The notes under the pieces are model-generated. The model saw only the letters and a program-made list of their open reading frames with translations. It made no database searches and was not told the DNA's origin. This document shows, piece by piece, positions 9,667-18,900 of a stretch of DNA of 64,000 nt (position 1 is the first letter of the stretch; each line of letters starts with the position of its first letter). Location of the stretch: positions 147,169 to 211,168 of the IMG/VR virus record IMGVR_UViG_3300023181_000025. One strand, 5' to 3'. The position numbers and the translations under genes are program-made.

Positions 9667-9886
9667 AGGACAAAAATTTGTTTTGTCAGAAAGCGAGGCT
9701 AAGAAATTGCGAGACGCTCTAGATAGCGTTTTGAATGATAAAGTTGCTCAAGCTCCGATTATTCTTGAAAAATGGATTGAGAAAAACAAAGATATTCCAT
9801 ATCCATATAAGCCCTCATACCCCAAAAAGGCCCCTGAATATCCGGGATATTGGCCGGATATTATTTGCAGAACGGTTGATTTTTAA
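9626..9886 (+). CDS. Hypothetical protein
   Basis: LS..EAKKL..AL with Pro/Tyr-rich tail. Confidence 0.65.
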   Translation: MKATRKTEITIEIEGQKFVLSESEAKKLRDALDSVLNDKVAQAPIILEKWIEKNKDIPYPYKPSYPKKAPEYPGYWPDIICRTVDF

Positions 9887-10041
9887 TTTATTATGAAAAA
9901 TATTTTTAAAATTATTGGAATTATTTTTATATCTCCTTTTATGGTTATCCATTTTATCGCGTGGTATTCATTCAATTCATTTCTTGGGGGAACATTAAAC
10001 TATAAAAAATGGGGGCACGCTCCATTAAATCTTCCTTAATT

Positions 10042-11202
10042 ATGAATAATCTAACGCAATACCCCGAGCCGCCGAACCCTGACGCCGTGATACTCGGGCC
10101 GGGAGGGAGCTTCAAAGTGCCGGAGAGCTTAGCAGGCTTTCAAGGATGGGCATTTTATGAAGACGGAAGAGGCTGGGATGGGCCATATTGGCAACACGGA
10201 GAGTGCCCCCGAGCCATCTACGCCGCACGCCGCGATTCGGACGTGGTGAGGCTGAATATTCCTGATCACCTCGACATTGACGGCGATCCTCCGGACCATC
10301 GGACGTATAGGCACGAGGAAGCAGAAGATTTACCGCCGGAAAAAACATCGCCCGTAGCAAAGAGCGGCCTGCCGCCATACTTTCAGGAAGATGTCACGGT
10401 TGAGGAGCACGAGGCCGACTTGGGGGCGTTTTTAAATGCCATGGAGAAGCAGCACCCGAAAGACGTTTTTCGTGAGTGCGACAAGTGCGAGTCTTTAGGT
10501 GCTCAACTCGTCTGTGGAGACACCGGGCAGTGCTGCGCGGAGAACGGCGAACGGAAATTCCTGCATCTGGCTGCACAAGGATTGAAGCCGCTTACCGACG
10601 AGGAAGTTCAAAGGTGGGCTGACACGGCATTCACCAAGTTTACCACCCCACCCCTTGCCGGTTCAGGGAAGGGGGAGGCGGGGACTCCGAGAGGAATGAG
10701 GGAGTGTCACCGCACGTTCATGGAAATGTTCCCATGGCTGGACAAACAATTCTCCAGCTACGACGAGTGGATAGTTTCCGACGACGACCACGCACGATCA
10801 TTCCGCCAAGGATGGGCGGCCAACACCAGGGCTCTCGCCTCAGCGCGGGCGGAGATCGAGGACATTAGAACCTTCGCGCAGAAATTACAGGATGATGTTC
10901 GTTCACTTTGCGGAACGCCGGTCGGAGTCTCGACCCGAGACGGCATTTCCTTGCTCAAGGCAGAGATCGAGAGGCTGAGGGGTGCGCCAGTCACAATCGA
11001 CGGTAGGAACTTTAAGACGCCGCTTGAGGCCTCCCTGCATCTGCTTTGGCTGCTGCAACGCCTGAGCTATTACGAGCCGCACCGCGAAGGAATGCCCGCA
11101 GACGGCCCACGATTCCGCCAAGGGATCATTGAGTCCCGCAAACTCCTTTCCACCATTGGATACATGAAGGAAGCCACCAACGCGGGAGGCTCCGGTGAGT
11201 GA
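10042..11202 (+). CDS. Mosaic hypothetical protein on a GC-rich island
   Basis: Visibly higher GC than flanks; N-terminal domain resembles repeats of ORF 33244. Confidence 0.7.
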   Translation: MNNLTQYPEPPNPDAVILGPGGSFKVPESLAGFQGWAFYEDGRGWDGPYWQHGECPRAIYAARRDSDVVRLNIPDHLDIDGDPPDHRTYRHEEAEDLPPEKTSPVAKSGLPPYFQEDVTVEEHEADLGAFLNAMEKQHPKDVFRECDKCESLGAQLVCGDTGQCCAENGERKFLHLAAQGLKPLTDEEVQRWADTAFTKFTTPPLAGSGKGEAGTPRGMRECHRTFMEMFPWLDKQFSSYDEWIVSDDDHARSFRQGWAANTRALASARAEIEDIRTFAQKLQDDVRSLCGTPVGVSTRDGISLLKAEIERLRGAPVTIDGRNFKTPLEASLHLLWLLQRLSYYEPHREGMPADGPRFRQGIIESRKLLSTIGYMKEATNAGGSGE

Positions 11203-11617
11203 GCTTCTGCCATGCCCGTTTTGCGGAAACAGTGCTATAATTAGAAAATATGATGGTGAATGGTATATCCGCTGTTACGGAAATGGAAGTTGTCATGCTA
11301 ATCCGTTTTACGCAGATCCAGACCGAGAAATAGTTTGTAAACGCTGGAACACCCGCGCCCCGTCAGCCGGTGAAGCAGAGGTTAGGGGAGAGCTAAAGCG
11401 AATCAAAGTCCACTTTGCCGAAGATATGGTTGACAAACGAGAGGAAATGCGCGCATTACGTTCGATAGCTGATAAACTTGAAGAGGCGGGAACATTTCTT
11501 CGTCAAGATTTAGAATTAGAATTAATTGATAGAAGACAAATTAATACCTCTAAATGGTGCTCCCTAGTAAATTGGAACGAAGTTTTGGCCGAATACGCTG
11601 TGTTTAAAAACGAGTAA
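11195..11617 (+). CDS. Lar-family restriction alleviation zinc-finger protein with coiled-coil tail
   Basis: ELLPCPFCG...YIRC...C...WNTRA. Confidence 0.75.
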   Translation: MSELLPCPFCGNSAIIRKYDGEWYIRCYGNGSCHANPFYADPDREIVCKRWNTRAPSAGEAEVRGELKRIKVHFAEDMVDKREEMRALRSIADKLEEAGTFLRQDLELELIDRRQINTSKWCSLVNWNEVLAEYAVFKNE

Positions 11618-11627
11618 CTACAAATAT

Positions 11628-11993
11628 ATGAAAACTAAAAAAGAAATACTTGAATACGTAATCAGTGAAATTTGCGCACAGGGGCGGGCAACAAATGGAA
11701 GTCATTGCTGTCTCGAAACGAATGACGGAAAGCGTTGCGCATTTAGTTTATGTATAACTGATGATAGTCGAAAGGCTTTAATTTTATCTAATTATAGCGG
11801 GGCCGTAAGCGGCCTAAGCGATTGGGAGATTGAACAATATCTTAAACCAGAGTTTCACGGTCACGAGAGGGAATTTTGGGAAAACCTTCAAGTTCTTCAT
11901 GACGTAGCAACGAATTGGGAAAATTATAGCGGCCCAACACTATTATCCTCTGAAGGGGTAAAACAATATAAAAAAATTCTTAATAACGAATAA
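11628..11993 (+). CDS. Paralog family A member
   Basis: G..CAF..C; FW..LQ.LHD...NW. Confidence 0.8.
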   Translation: MKTKKEILEYVISEICAQGRATNGSHCCLETNDGKRCAFSLCITDDSRKALILSNYSGAVSGLSDWEIEQYLKPEFHGHEREFWENLQVLHDVATNWENYSGPTLLSSEGVKQYKKILNNE

Positions 11994-11997
11994 AATT

Positions 11998-12474
11998 ATG
12001 AATAGATCTCTATTTTATAAGGCGTGGCACGAGGCCGATAGCCAGAAAAACATTAAATTTCAAAACATTTTAATCGACCGGCAAACTTTTAATGTAATTA
12101 ATTTAATTTCAAGGCGGCCATCCAGAAGTTGGGCAGGTATTAAGAGGGAGGCAAAGAAATTTGGTTTTAAGCCGTCCACTTACGGGTATGCTTTAATTGG
12201 CAAAAATTTTGTAGTCAAAACCTCTGGCTTTTGCGGCAAAAAACCCAAAAAGGCTTGTCCCACTTATGAAATTAAAAATACCGGCTGGATATTACAACCT
12301 AAACTGGATTTACTTGCTGACGATTTTAAAGAGAGTCATTGGGAGGTATTGGTAAAAAATGGATGGGCAAAAAAAGAAGTTAATTATACATATAATATTC
12401 CCGGTTTTGGAGAGGACGCCCATGAGCAAAATTGGGGAATTTTAAACGGAGAATTCGTTCAGCATGATTGGTAA
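11998..12474 (+). CDS. Minimal kinase-like protein
   Basis: FVVK, ILQ, DAHEQNWG...HDW resemble kinase beta3 Lys, catalytic loop and DFG equivalent. Confidence 0.5.
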   Translation: MNRSLFYKAWHEADSQKNIKFQNILIDRQTFNVINLISRRPSRSWAGIKREAKKFGFKPSTYGYALIGKNFVVKTSGFCGKKPKKACPTYEIKNTGWILQPKLDLLADDFKESHWEVLVKNGWAKKEVNYTYNIPGFGEDAHEQNWGILNGEFVQHDW

Positions 12475-12610
12475 AATATTTATTTTGTTGTTGTTTGTTG
12501 GGTTGACAAATTGCGCGAATGGCTATAAACCTGTCCCCGAAAAATTAGAGCTTCAATTGCCTTTGGTTGGCGGACCAAAATTTACCATGGGGTTTGAAAA
12601 GATAAAATGA
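12464..12610 (+). CDS. Small lipoprotein (48 aa)
   Basis: MIGKIFILLLFVGLTNC lipobox; overlaps both neighbours. Confidence 0.6.
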   Translation: MIGKIFILLLFVGLTNCANGYKPVPEKLELQLPLVGGPKFTMGFEKIK

Positions 12611-13095
12611 AGATATTTAATACAATTTTATTTAGCCGCAAAAGAGTCGAATTGGGCGGCGATAGCCACATTATTCAATATACTATCTTTGAAAATAAGA
12701 AATTTGGTGGAATTTGGTTTTATAACTGGGGAAAAGTAGGGTCAAAATCGGAGACCGGAGGAACAAGATTTCACACTCATGCATTTAATTCGTTTTGTTT
12801 TACTCTCAAAGGGTCATATGATCAAGAAGTAATTGATGAGAATGGAATAAAAAAAGAACGCGTGCGAAAATTGTTTAGGCCTAGGTTTCTACCCCGTAAT
12901 TATACCCACAGGATTACCAATGCAGCGCCCGGCACTTGGACTTGTGTGATTTTCGGTAAGTGGTCTAAGTTTTGGTTTGAGTATTTCCAAGATACAAATA
13001 CATGGGTTCAATTTAGTCACGGAAGAAAAGTTATTGACAAAATTACTAATTCCACATATTCTCAAATTAAAGAATTAATAAAAAATGAGCAATGA
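12607..13095 (+). CDS. Cupin-fold protein
   Basis: FHTHAF...LKGSY.QE...HRI. Confidence 0.7.
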   Translation: MKIFNTILFSRKRVELGGDSHIIQYTIFENKKFGGIWFYNWGKVGSKSETGGTRFHTHAFNSFCFTLKGSYDQEVIDENGIKKERVRKLFRPRFLPRNYTHRITNAAPGTWTCVIFGKWSKFWFEYFQDTNTWVQFSHGRKVIDKITNSTYSQIKELIKNEQ

Positions 13096-13336
13096 ACTAT
13101 TAAATAAACAGATTGATCAGGGTGAGAAATGGAGCCTTGCCTGTCTAGAGGCGGGCGAATGGGAAATCGCTGACGTATATATTTCTAATTCTCCGGGAAA
13201 AACAATGGAATTGGCTCAAGAAAAACTTGGGGCTGCTTACGGCAGGTCTTGCAGTTGGCAGCAGATAAAAAACTTAGGTTATATTTTAGTTAGGTTTAAT
13301 CAAACGGCGAAAATCACAGGAGTTTTAAATGAATAA
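13085..13336 (+). CDS. Hypothetical protein
   Basis: Tiling. Confidence 0.6.
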   Translation: MSNELLNKQIDQGEKWSLACLEAGEWEIADVYISNSPGKTMELAQEKLGAAYGRSCSWQQIKNLGYILVRFNQTAKITGVLNE

Positions 13337-13348
13337 AATATTGTTTAT

Positions 13349-13669
13349 ATGATTGAAAGAAAGCAAATATCTTACCAAGAATTAAAGAAGCTCTACCGCG
13401 AAAGGCGCGGATTTATGTTGGCTTTCCCTGTTCCCTCTAGTGGCAAAGGAGTTGAAGAGGTTTCCCAAAAAATGATTGACACTGGAGTGTGTTCCGTGCA
13501 TGCTGAATTCGTAACAAATTACAGGACTAAAAGTGGCGGGGAAATGTGGTTTTTTGTTTACCCACCCGATTCAGATTTCAACAGCGCAAAATTTTACGAA
13601 GATTCTCGCGCCGCACAATTCCACAACATACAATCAGATACTTTGCTAGGATACTTTAATGAGCATTAA
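13349..13669 (+). CDS. Hypothetical protein
   Basis: Tiling. Confidence 0.65.
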   Translation: MIERKQISYQELKKLYRERRGFMLAFPVPSSGKGVEEVSQKMIDTGVCSVHAEFVTNYRTKSGGEMWFFVYPPDSDFNSAKFYEDSRAAQFHNIQSDTLLGYFNEH

Positions 13670-14219
13670 TTATATAAATGAGGAAAAACTAGAGCGGGCA
13701 AAACAATTTGCCATTGACGCCCATGAGAGCATTGGGCAAATGAGGAAATATGGCGAGGAAAAGTATTACTTTCATCCTTTACGCGTAGCTGAAACGATTA
13801 AGGCGGTAGGAGGAACGGAAAATATGATCATTGCAGCAAAATTCCACGACATTCTGGAAGACGTGCTTCCATTAAACTCAAGTTACGGACCAGACAAAAT
13901 TCTTAGATTATTTGGGCCAAAAGTTCTTAGTCTGGTTTTTGAACTAACGGACGTATTCACCAAAGAGGCCCACCCACAACATAATAGGAAGTTCCGAAAG
14001 GTGTTTGAAGCGGCAAGACTAGCTTCTATTAGCGATGAAGCAAAAATTATTAAAATGGCGGACATTGCTGATAACAGCCGAAATCTTGACACGTTCCCCG
14101 GATTTAATAGGGTTTGGATTGAAGAAAAAGCAAGACTGATTCCCCTTTTGCTACCAAGCGAAGGGCGTTGGCTGGAAGCTTACACAACTCTTTTGGGAAA
14201 ATGCGGGAAAATTAAATAA
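13659..14219 (+). CDS. RelA/SpoT-type HD-domain hydrolase (small alarmone hydrolase/Mesh1-like)
   Basis: FA..AH...Q.RK....Y..HP..VA, HDILED, ELTD, IKMAD..DN. Confidence 0.88.
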   Translation: MSINYINEEKLERAKQFAIDAHESIGQMRKYGEEKYYFHPLRVAETIKAVGGTENMIIAAKFHDILEDVLPLNSSYGPDKILRLFGPKVLSLVFELTDVFTKEAHPQHNRKFRKVFEAARLASISDEAKIIKMADIADNSRNLDTFPGFNRVWIEEKARLIPLLLPSEGRWLEAYTTLLGKCGKIK

Positions 14220-14235
14220 AAATATTATAATTATT

Positions 14236-14763
14236 ATGTCAAAAAAGAAAAATTACACCATTAAAGAACAGTTCGAATACGCCAATTCTTTTGTTGGGAA
14301 AACTGTTTCGATCGAAGAAAGGGTTACAATTTCCAATGTTGGGTGCATTGGGGATATAAGCGAATATCATGAAGACGACGACGGGGAAGAGGATTATCTT
14401 ATTCGAGCGCAAACCATTATTGATGAACAGGGGTTTATTTTTTGTTATCAATATGACGATAACGAACATATTATATTTATTCACCCTTCGGTTTTTCTGC
14501 TAGAAGAAGCCCCTCCAATTGTAAATATTAACGGTTTCCAAGCGCAAGAATTTGAAGATTATATTGAATTTGGATGTGCTAAATTTAATAAAGAAATTCT
14601 TAGGGCAGCGAAAGTTTTCCTTGAAAAGGTGGCCGAAGTAGAGTATAACGCAAAAACAAACAACAGACTAATCGAAAGTGTTCAACTAGGGAGTGGCAAA
14701 TTTTATTTGGATGACCTAAAAAATCTTCTATGGAAAGATGAAAAGAAGGAAGAAAACACCTAA
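14236..14763 (+). CDS. Paralog family D member
   Basis: EQ...A.S.VGK N-domain; INGF.A...FGCAK C-domain, as in ORF 48713. Confidence 0.75.
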   Translation: MSKKKNYTIKEQFEYANSFVGKTVSIEERVTISNVGCIGDISEYHEDDDGEEDYLIRAQTIIDEQGFIFCYQYDDNEHIIFIHPSVFLLEEAPPIVNINGFQAQEFEDYIEFGCAKFNKEILRAAKVFLEKVAEVEYNAKTNNRLIESVQLGSGKFYLDDLKNLLWKDEKKEENT

Positions 14764-14855
14764 TTCTATTGACGCGGGTTCGTATGCTCAACGCAAACGA
14801 GCGCGGCAAAAGCCTGTTCGCCCAAGCGAACGCCACAAGGACAAAAAAAACGATT

Positions 14856-15125
14856 ATGACAGAAAAAAAGAACAAAAATCCGACGAACAAGGTTTATAAG
14901 ATTAAATCTATAGAGGACATTTTCAACCTCCCGACCAAAGAAAACATTTTGGATTGTTTGGAGGATTTAAAAGAATGTCTGATTAAAGGCCGCGAAATAG
15001 AAGAGAAAATTAAATTTTTGGGTTTTACTATTCCGTATTTTAAGATAAGAGAGGTTAATTGGAAAGACGACGGGCTCAGAGAGGTAAAAATTAATCTAAG
15101 CAATGTTTTCATCAGCAATGAATAA
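14856..15125 (+). CDS. Hypothetical protein
   Basis: YKIKSIEDIF...WKDDG. Confidence 0.65.
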   Translation: MTEKKNKNPTNKVYKIKSIEDIFNLPTKENILDCLEDLKECLIKGREIEEKIKFLGFTIPYFKIREVNWKDDGLREVKINLSNVFISNE

Positions 15126-15300
15126 AATCCTAACCGCTCACCTTCAAGAATTATTTGATACATATAAATTTTCGCGAATTCAATTGCTTGACATTCAAGA
15201 AAAGATGATTATGTTTGCAATTGAAGCTACCGAAAACGAAGACGTTCGTTTGTTTCTTGAGGATTACAAATTTATTATAGAGAAAAATGATCAAGCTTAA
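15118..15300 (+). CDS. Hypothetical protein
   Basis: Tiling. Confidence 0.55.
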   Translation: MNKILTAHLQELFDTYKFSRIQLLDIQEKMIMFAIEATENEDVRLFLEDYKFIIEKNDQA

Positions 15301-15718
15301 AACACCACAAGACATTCCAGAGAGTTGGGAAAGGTTTTCAGCAAAAAAGAATACATTTATTAAAATTCGAAAGGCCAAAGGCGGGGAGGTTTTTAACGTT
15401 AGCTGGGGGGACGGAACGCTGGTAGCAGACCCTGATTTGGATTGGATTTTAATTAACCCTGACGGGCAAGAATATCCTTGTAAAAAACACATCTTTGAAA
15501 AGACATACGAAAAAGTAGCGGAATCAGATTTTTACATTAAGAATAAATCTTCTGTTTTGGTTAAAATTCCAGAATTTGAAAAGGTTTCTATTGAAACCTT
15601 GGAAGGAAGCCTTGAATGCGTAGAGTATCCAAACTATATTGCTATTGGAGAAACCCAAGAGCTTTACGCCAATGCCCAATCGTTTGTGAATAAAAACCTA
15701 ACACTGACAAAAATTTAA
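15287..15718 (+). CDS. PGDYG-like protein, internally duplicated
   Basis: VSWG..L.A....DWI....G.EYPC...F.KTY, then TLEG....YI..G...LY. Confidence 0.7.
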   Translation: MIKLKTPQDIPESWERFSAKKNTFIKIRKAKGGEVFNVSWGDGTLVADPDLDWILINPDGQEYPCKKHIFEKTYEKVAESDFYIKNKSSVLVKIPEFEKVSIETLEGSLECVEYPNYIAIGETQELYANAQSFVNKNLTLTKI

Positions 15719-15719
15719 T

Positions 15720-15962
15720 ATGACGAAAAAATTTAAAGAATCTTATGAATCTCTTCTAAAAATTGTAGTTGATGGACCACAAACAGAAATGGCTCTTAAA
15801 AATGCCGCCGCAAACATTGTGGCAATCATGAACAATGATGGGGGAACGCAAATTGGAAAAGCAATTAGATCTATCAGAAACGATATTATTAGTTCTACTC
15901 AGACTGAGCTCTTGCTTTATGAAGCGGCGGCGCATTTGATTGAAAAAGAAATTAAAAAATGA
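15720..15962 (+). CDS. Hypothetical protein
   Basis: Tiling. Confidence 0.6.
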   Translation: MTKKFKESYESLLKIVVDGPQTEMALKNAAANIVAIMNNDGGTQIGKAIRSIRNDIISSTQTELLLYEAAAHLIEKEIKK

Positions 15963-16399
15963 ATCTAATTGAAATCTATACAGATGGAAGCAGCGATCTG
16001 CCCCGAGGAGTTTGTTCTTGGGGCATTGTTGTAAAAAATGGCAATTACCAAAATAGTGGAGCATTAAAGGGGACAAATAATGTTGGCGAGTTGACGGCCA
16101 TTCAAGAAGCAATTAAATATTGTCTTCGGGAAAATTACAAAGGAAAAGTAATTCATATTTGCGCAGATTCGCAGTATGCAATAAATAGCACGGACGTTTG
16201 GTGCCACAAATGGCGAGCCAATGGTTGGTCAAAACCCGGCGGGATTAAAAATTTAGAAATCATTAAAGAAAATGTCCGGGCTTTGGAAGAGCTAAGAGCG
16301 GCGGGAAATATTGTTGAATTTAAATGGATTAAAGGCCACGCAGAGGACGAGTGGAATTGTCTTTGCGACCGAATCTGTAGCATCAAAAACTTTTATTGA
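15959..16399 (+). CDS. rnhA: Ribonuclease HI
   Basis: IYTDGS, TNN.GEL.A, DSQY, WIKGH....WN..CD. Confidence 0.92.
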   Translation: MNLIEIYTDGSSDLPRGVCSWGIVVKNGNYQNSGALKGTNNVGELTAIQEAIKYCLRENYKGKVIHICADSQYAINSTDVWCHKWRANGWSKPGGIKNLEIIKENVRALEELRAAGNIVEFKWIKGHAEDEWNCLCDRICSIKNFY

Positions 16400-16419
16400 G
16401 GCTTTGATAAAGAAAGCTA

Positions 16420-16454
16420 TTGACAAAAACCGCGAACAATGATTAATTACCTCC
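16420..16454 (+). promoter_or_regulatory. Representative sigma70-type early promoter with leaderless start; recurs dozens of times between 16.4 and 63.6 kb
   Basis: TTGACA, 17-nt spacer, AT-rich -10; ATG 35 nt after first T. Confidence 0.8.
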
Positions 16455-16730
16455 ATGACAGAGCAAAAAACTAAAGACGCTAGGGGCCGCAAGGTTGGTT
16501 CAACCGACACAGTAAACGTGCCCATTTCATTTTTGATTCAAAATAATTTTAAACTAATTCCTGTCCGCCGCAAGTGGGTGGAGCAGATTTGCGCCGCACT
16601 TAATATCGAAATTCCAGACATGGAAGAAAAGGTTAAGATTACCGTTCCTGCCCCGGAAGTGTTGGAAACCGGAGAAAGCCCAGACGATCCAAAGGTGGCC
16701 GTCGCATTTATTTGTGAAGAATTGGATTGA
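16455..16730 (+). CDS. Hypothetical protein with AT-hook-like RGRK motif
   Basis: ARGRKVGS. Confidence 0.65.
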   Translation: MTEQKTKDARGRKVGSTDTVNVPISFLIQNNFKLIPVRRKWVEQICAALNIEIPDMEEKVKITVPAPEVLETGESPDDPKVAVAFICEELD

Positions 16731-16761
16731 CCTTTAGCTAAAAACCATTATTATCACTCAC

Positions 16762-17754
16762 ATGACGACACACACAGACGATTATTTTGAAGGGGTTGTA
16801 GGCCAAACGCACGTAAAGAAAGCATTGTCTTTCTATCTTGATAAGCATCGCCACAATGGATCGGTAATGCCAAACATTTTGCTTACTGGTTTCCGTGGAG
16901 ACGGTAAGAGTCACCTTGCACGTAAGATTGCTCGGAACTTTCCAGACCTTTCCCAGCCTGAGAAAAAGCATAAGGCATTTTATTCTTTTAATGGAGCGTC
17001 CATTAAGAATATTTCAGTTTTTCTTGAGGGGATTTGGACCAAGCTTCAGTCAGAAAATGATTATCTAACGATTTTCATTGATGAGGCCCACGGCCTTCCG
17101 AAATCGGTCCAAACAGCCATGCTTTCCATTATGGAAAAAACCCGTAATCATATGACCAAATATGTTCATAACGATATGGAATATAATTTCGATTTCCGGA
17201 AAGTTAATTTTATTCTTGCGACTACGGAAGACGACGGAATTTTCCATGCTCTTAAAGATCGCCTTACCACCTTTGGGCTTCAGCCATACACTCGAAAAGA
17301 GCTTGGCGAAATTGTCCAAATGGTTGTAGATGATAGGTGTGAAATTAGCGATTCAATGCTAACTAAAATTTCTCATTACATCCGCCGCAATGCTCGCGCG
17401 GCAAATGAAATGGCGAACCATATTCTTTCATTCGGTTGTCCGGTTTTTGAAGATGAGCATTTTGAAGCCCTTAAAGAAAACCTCCACCTTTTGGATTACG
17501 GGATTAATGAAGATGAGCTTCGGGTTCTTGAAGCTTTGAGTGAAGGGGAGTTGAGTCTTGGTCAACTCGCTTGTCGTGTGGGAAGGCCCAGCAGAGCGAT
17601 GCAACACGAACTAGAGCCATACCTTATTTCCCTTAAGCTTATGGAAATTGATGGGAAGCGCCGTATTACTCAAAAAGGAAAGGATTTTCTCGCAAAAGTG
17701 AATGGGACTTTTGAAGAAAAGGTAAAGACTAAAGACAGCGGCGAGCAACTTTAA
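16762..17754 (+). CDS. ruvB: RuvB-like Holliday-junction AAA+ ATPase
   Basis: VVGQ..VK, G..G.GKS, IFIDEAH.L, LATT, L.DR, C-terminal wHTH EPYL...R.IT.KG. Confidence 0.8.
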   Translation: MTTHTDDYFEGVVGQTHVKKALSFYLDKHRHNGSVMPNILLTGFRGDGKSHLARKIARNFPDLSQPEKKHKAFYSFNGASIKNISVFLEGIWTKLQSENDYLTIFIDEAHGLPKSVQTAMLSIMEKTRNHMTKYVHNDMEYNFDFRKVNFILATTEDDGIFHALKDRLTTFGLQPYTRKELGEIVQMVVDDRCEISDSMLTKISHYIRRNARAANEMANHILSFGCPVFEDEHFEALKENLHLLDYGINEDELRVLEALSEGELSLGQLACRVGRPSRAMQHELEPYLISLKLMEIDGKRRITQKGKDFLAKVNGTFEEKVKTKDSGEQL

Positions 17755-17833
17755 TTTTTCTTCGTCATTATTTTCTATTGACAAACTCAAAATTTTAGCT
17801 ATTCTCTAAACACAATACGAAAGACAAAACAAC

Positions 17834-18208
17834 ATGAACACAACTGATACAATTAACAAAATTAAGAAGGCCGGGCATCGAGTTAATATTTCTCACCTGC
17901 GCCGACTCAAGAACAATAAGCATCGAAGCGCCCTCGTCCGCGTTCGCGATGTTAAACCGGACAAGGACGGGAATAAGCCCATGATTAGTCCAACTGGCGG
18001 CGCAACCCATATGCGAATCGAATTCAATGATGGAACCATTCGCGAAGCAAAGTTCGGCGTGTGGCACGAAGACTCTTACGAAAAAGAAACGGGTCGCTAT
18101 AAGTGTCTTGCGCATCTTGCGGAAACCGTGCCCGACAAGTTCGCGGACCTTTTTGAAGACATTAAGGAATCTTCATTGGAAAATGAAAGCTGGGTGATTA
18201 AGCTCTAA
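17834..18208 (+). CDS. Hypothetical protein
   Basis: Own promoter and A/C-rich leader; GGAT motif. Confidence 0.7.
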   Translation: MNTTDTINKIKKAGHRVNISHLRRLKNNKHRSALVRVRDVKPDKDGNKPMISPTGGATHMRIEFNDGTIREAKFGVWHEDSYEKETGRYKCLAHLAETVPDKFADLFEDIKESSLENESWVIKL

Positions 18209-18233
18209 AAAACAAACAAACAATAACAATAAT

Positions 18234-18527
18234 ATGACTGATACAAACACTACTACGAATTCTCCCACAAACAAGCGGGTTCGCACCGCCAAGCCAAAGG
18301 CTATCAAGCGTGGCCGTCCGCCACGGGTTGACTGGAGCAAGTTCACGCTTCTCTGGAAGTCCCATACCGACAGTGAAATTGCTCATAAGGCGAATTGCAC
18401 CGTTGTCAACGTCTTTCTTCGTCGCAAGCGGCTTATCTCCGCTGCGGCAGACGACAAGAAGGCTTTTTATAGTTGCTCCAAGCCAGCTTATACGAAGTCC
18501 CGCTTTCTAAAGGAAAAGGCAAACTAA
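18234..18527 (+). CDS. Basic DNA-binding protein (AT-hook plus HTH-like)
   Basis: KRGRPP; DW...DSEIA...C...V..RR. Confidence 0.6.
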   Translation: MTDTNTTTNSPTNKRVRTAKPKAIKRGRPPRVDWSKFTLLWKSHTDSEIAHKANCTVVNVFLRRKRLISAAADDKKAFYSCSKPAYTKSRFLKEKAN

Positions 18528-18565
18528 TATCTCGTGAGTCAAAACGATTGATGTTTGATCTTTAT

Positions 18566-18594
18566 AAGAGCGCCCAAATCGGGCGCTCTTTTTT
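18566..18594 (+). terminator. Rho-independent terminator
   Basis: AAGAGCGCCC-AAATC-GGGCGCTCTT plus T tract. Confidence 0.9.
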
Positions 18595-18673
18595 ATTGAC
18601 TAACGCCAGACATTAGCTATCATCAACTTGTGGGTAAGGAACTCCATAAACAAAAAAAAAAAAAAACAACAAT

Positions 18674-18892
18674 ATGATTCGCAATTTTATCAAAGAATTC
18701 AAGAAGCGTCGTTTTCAAAAACGTGCATATGCTATCCATAAGCTCAATAGCGCGCGCCTTCTAATGAATCACATTAACGAAGTGACTCATTCAGGTCATT
18801 ACACCTTCGTAGCAAACCGGGAAAGGGTATTGAATAATCCCAAGCCAAAGGTCGCAAAACCAGTTTGGTATGCAAAATATTACGATCAATAA
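18674..18892 (+). CDS. Hypothetical protein
   Basis: Promoter at 18596 and poly-A leader. Confidence 0.6.
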   Translation: MIRNFIKEFKKRRFQKRAYAIHKLNSARLLMNHINEVTHSGHYTFVANRERVLNNPKPKVAKPVWYAKYYDQ

Positions 18893-18900
18893 ATAAGTAT

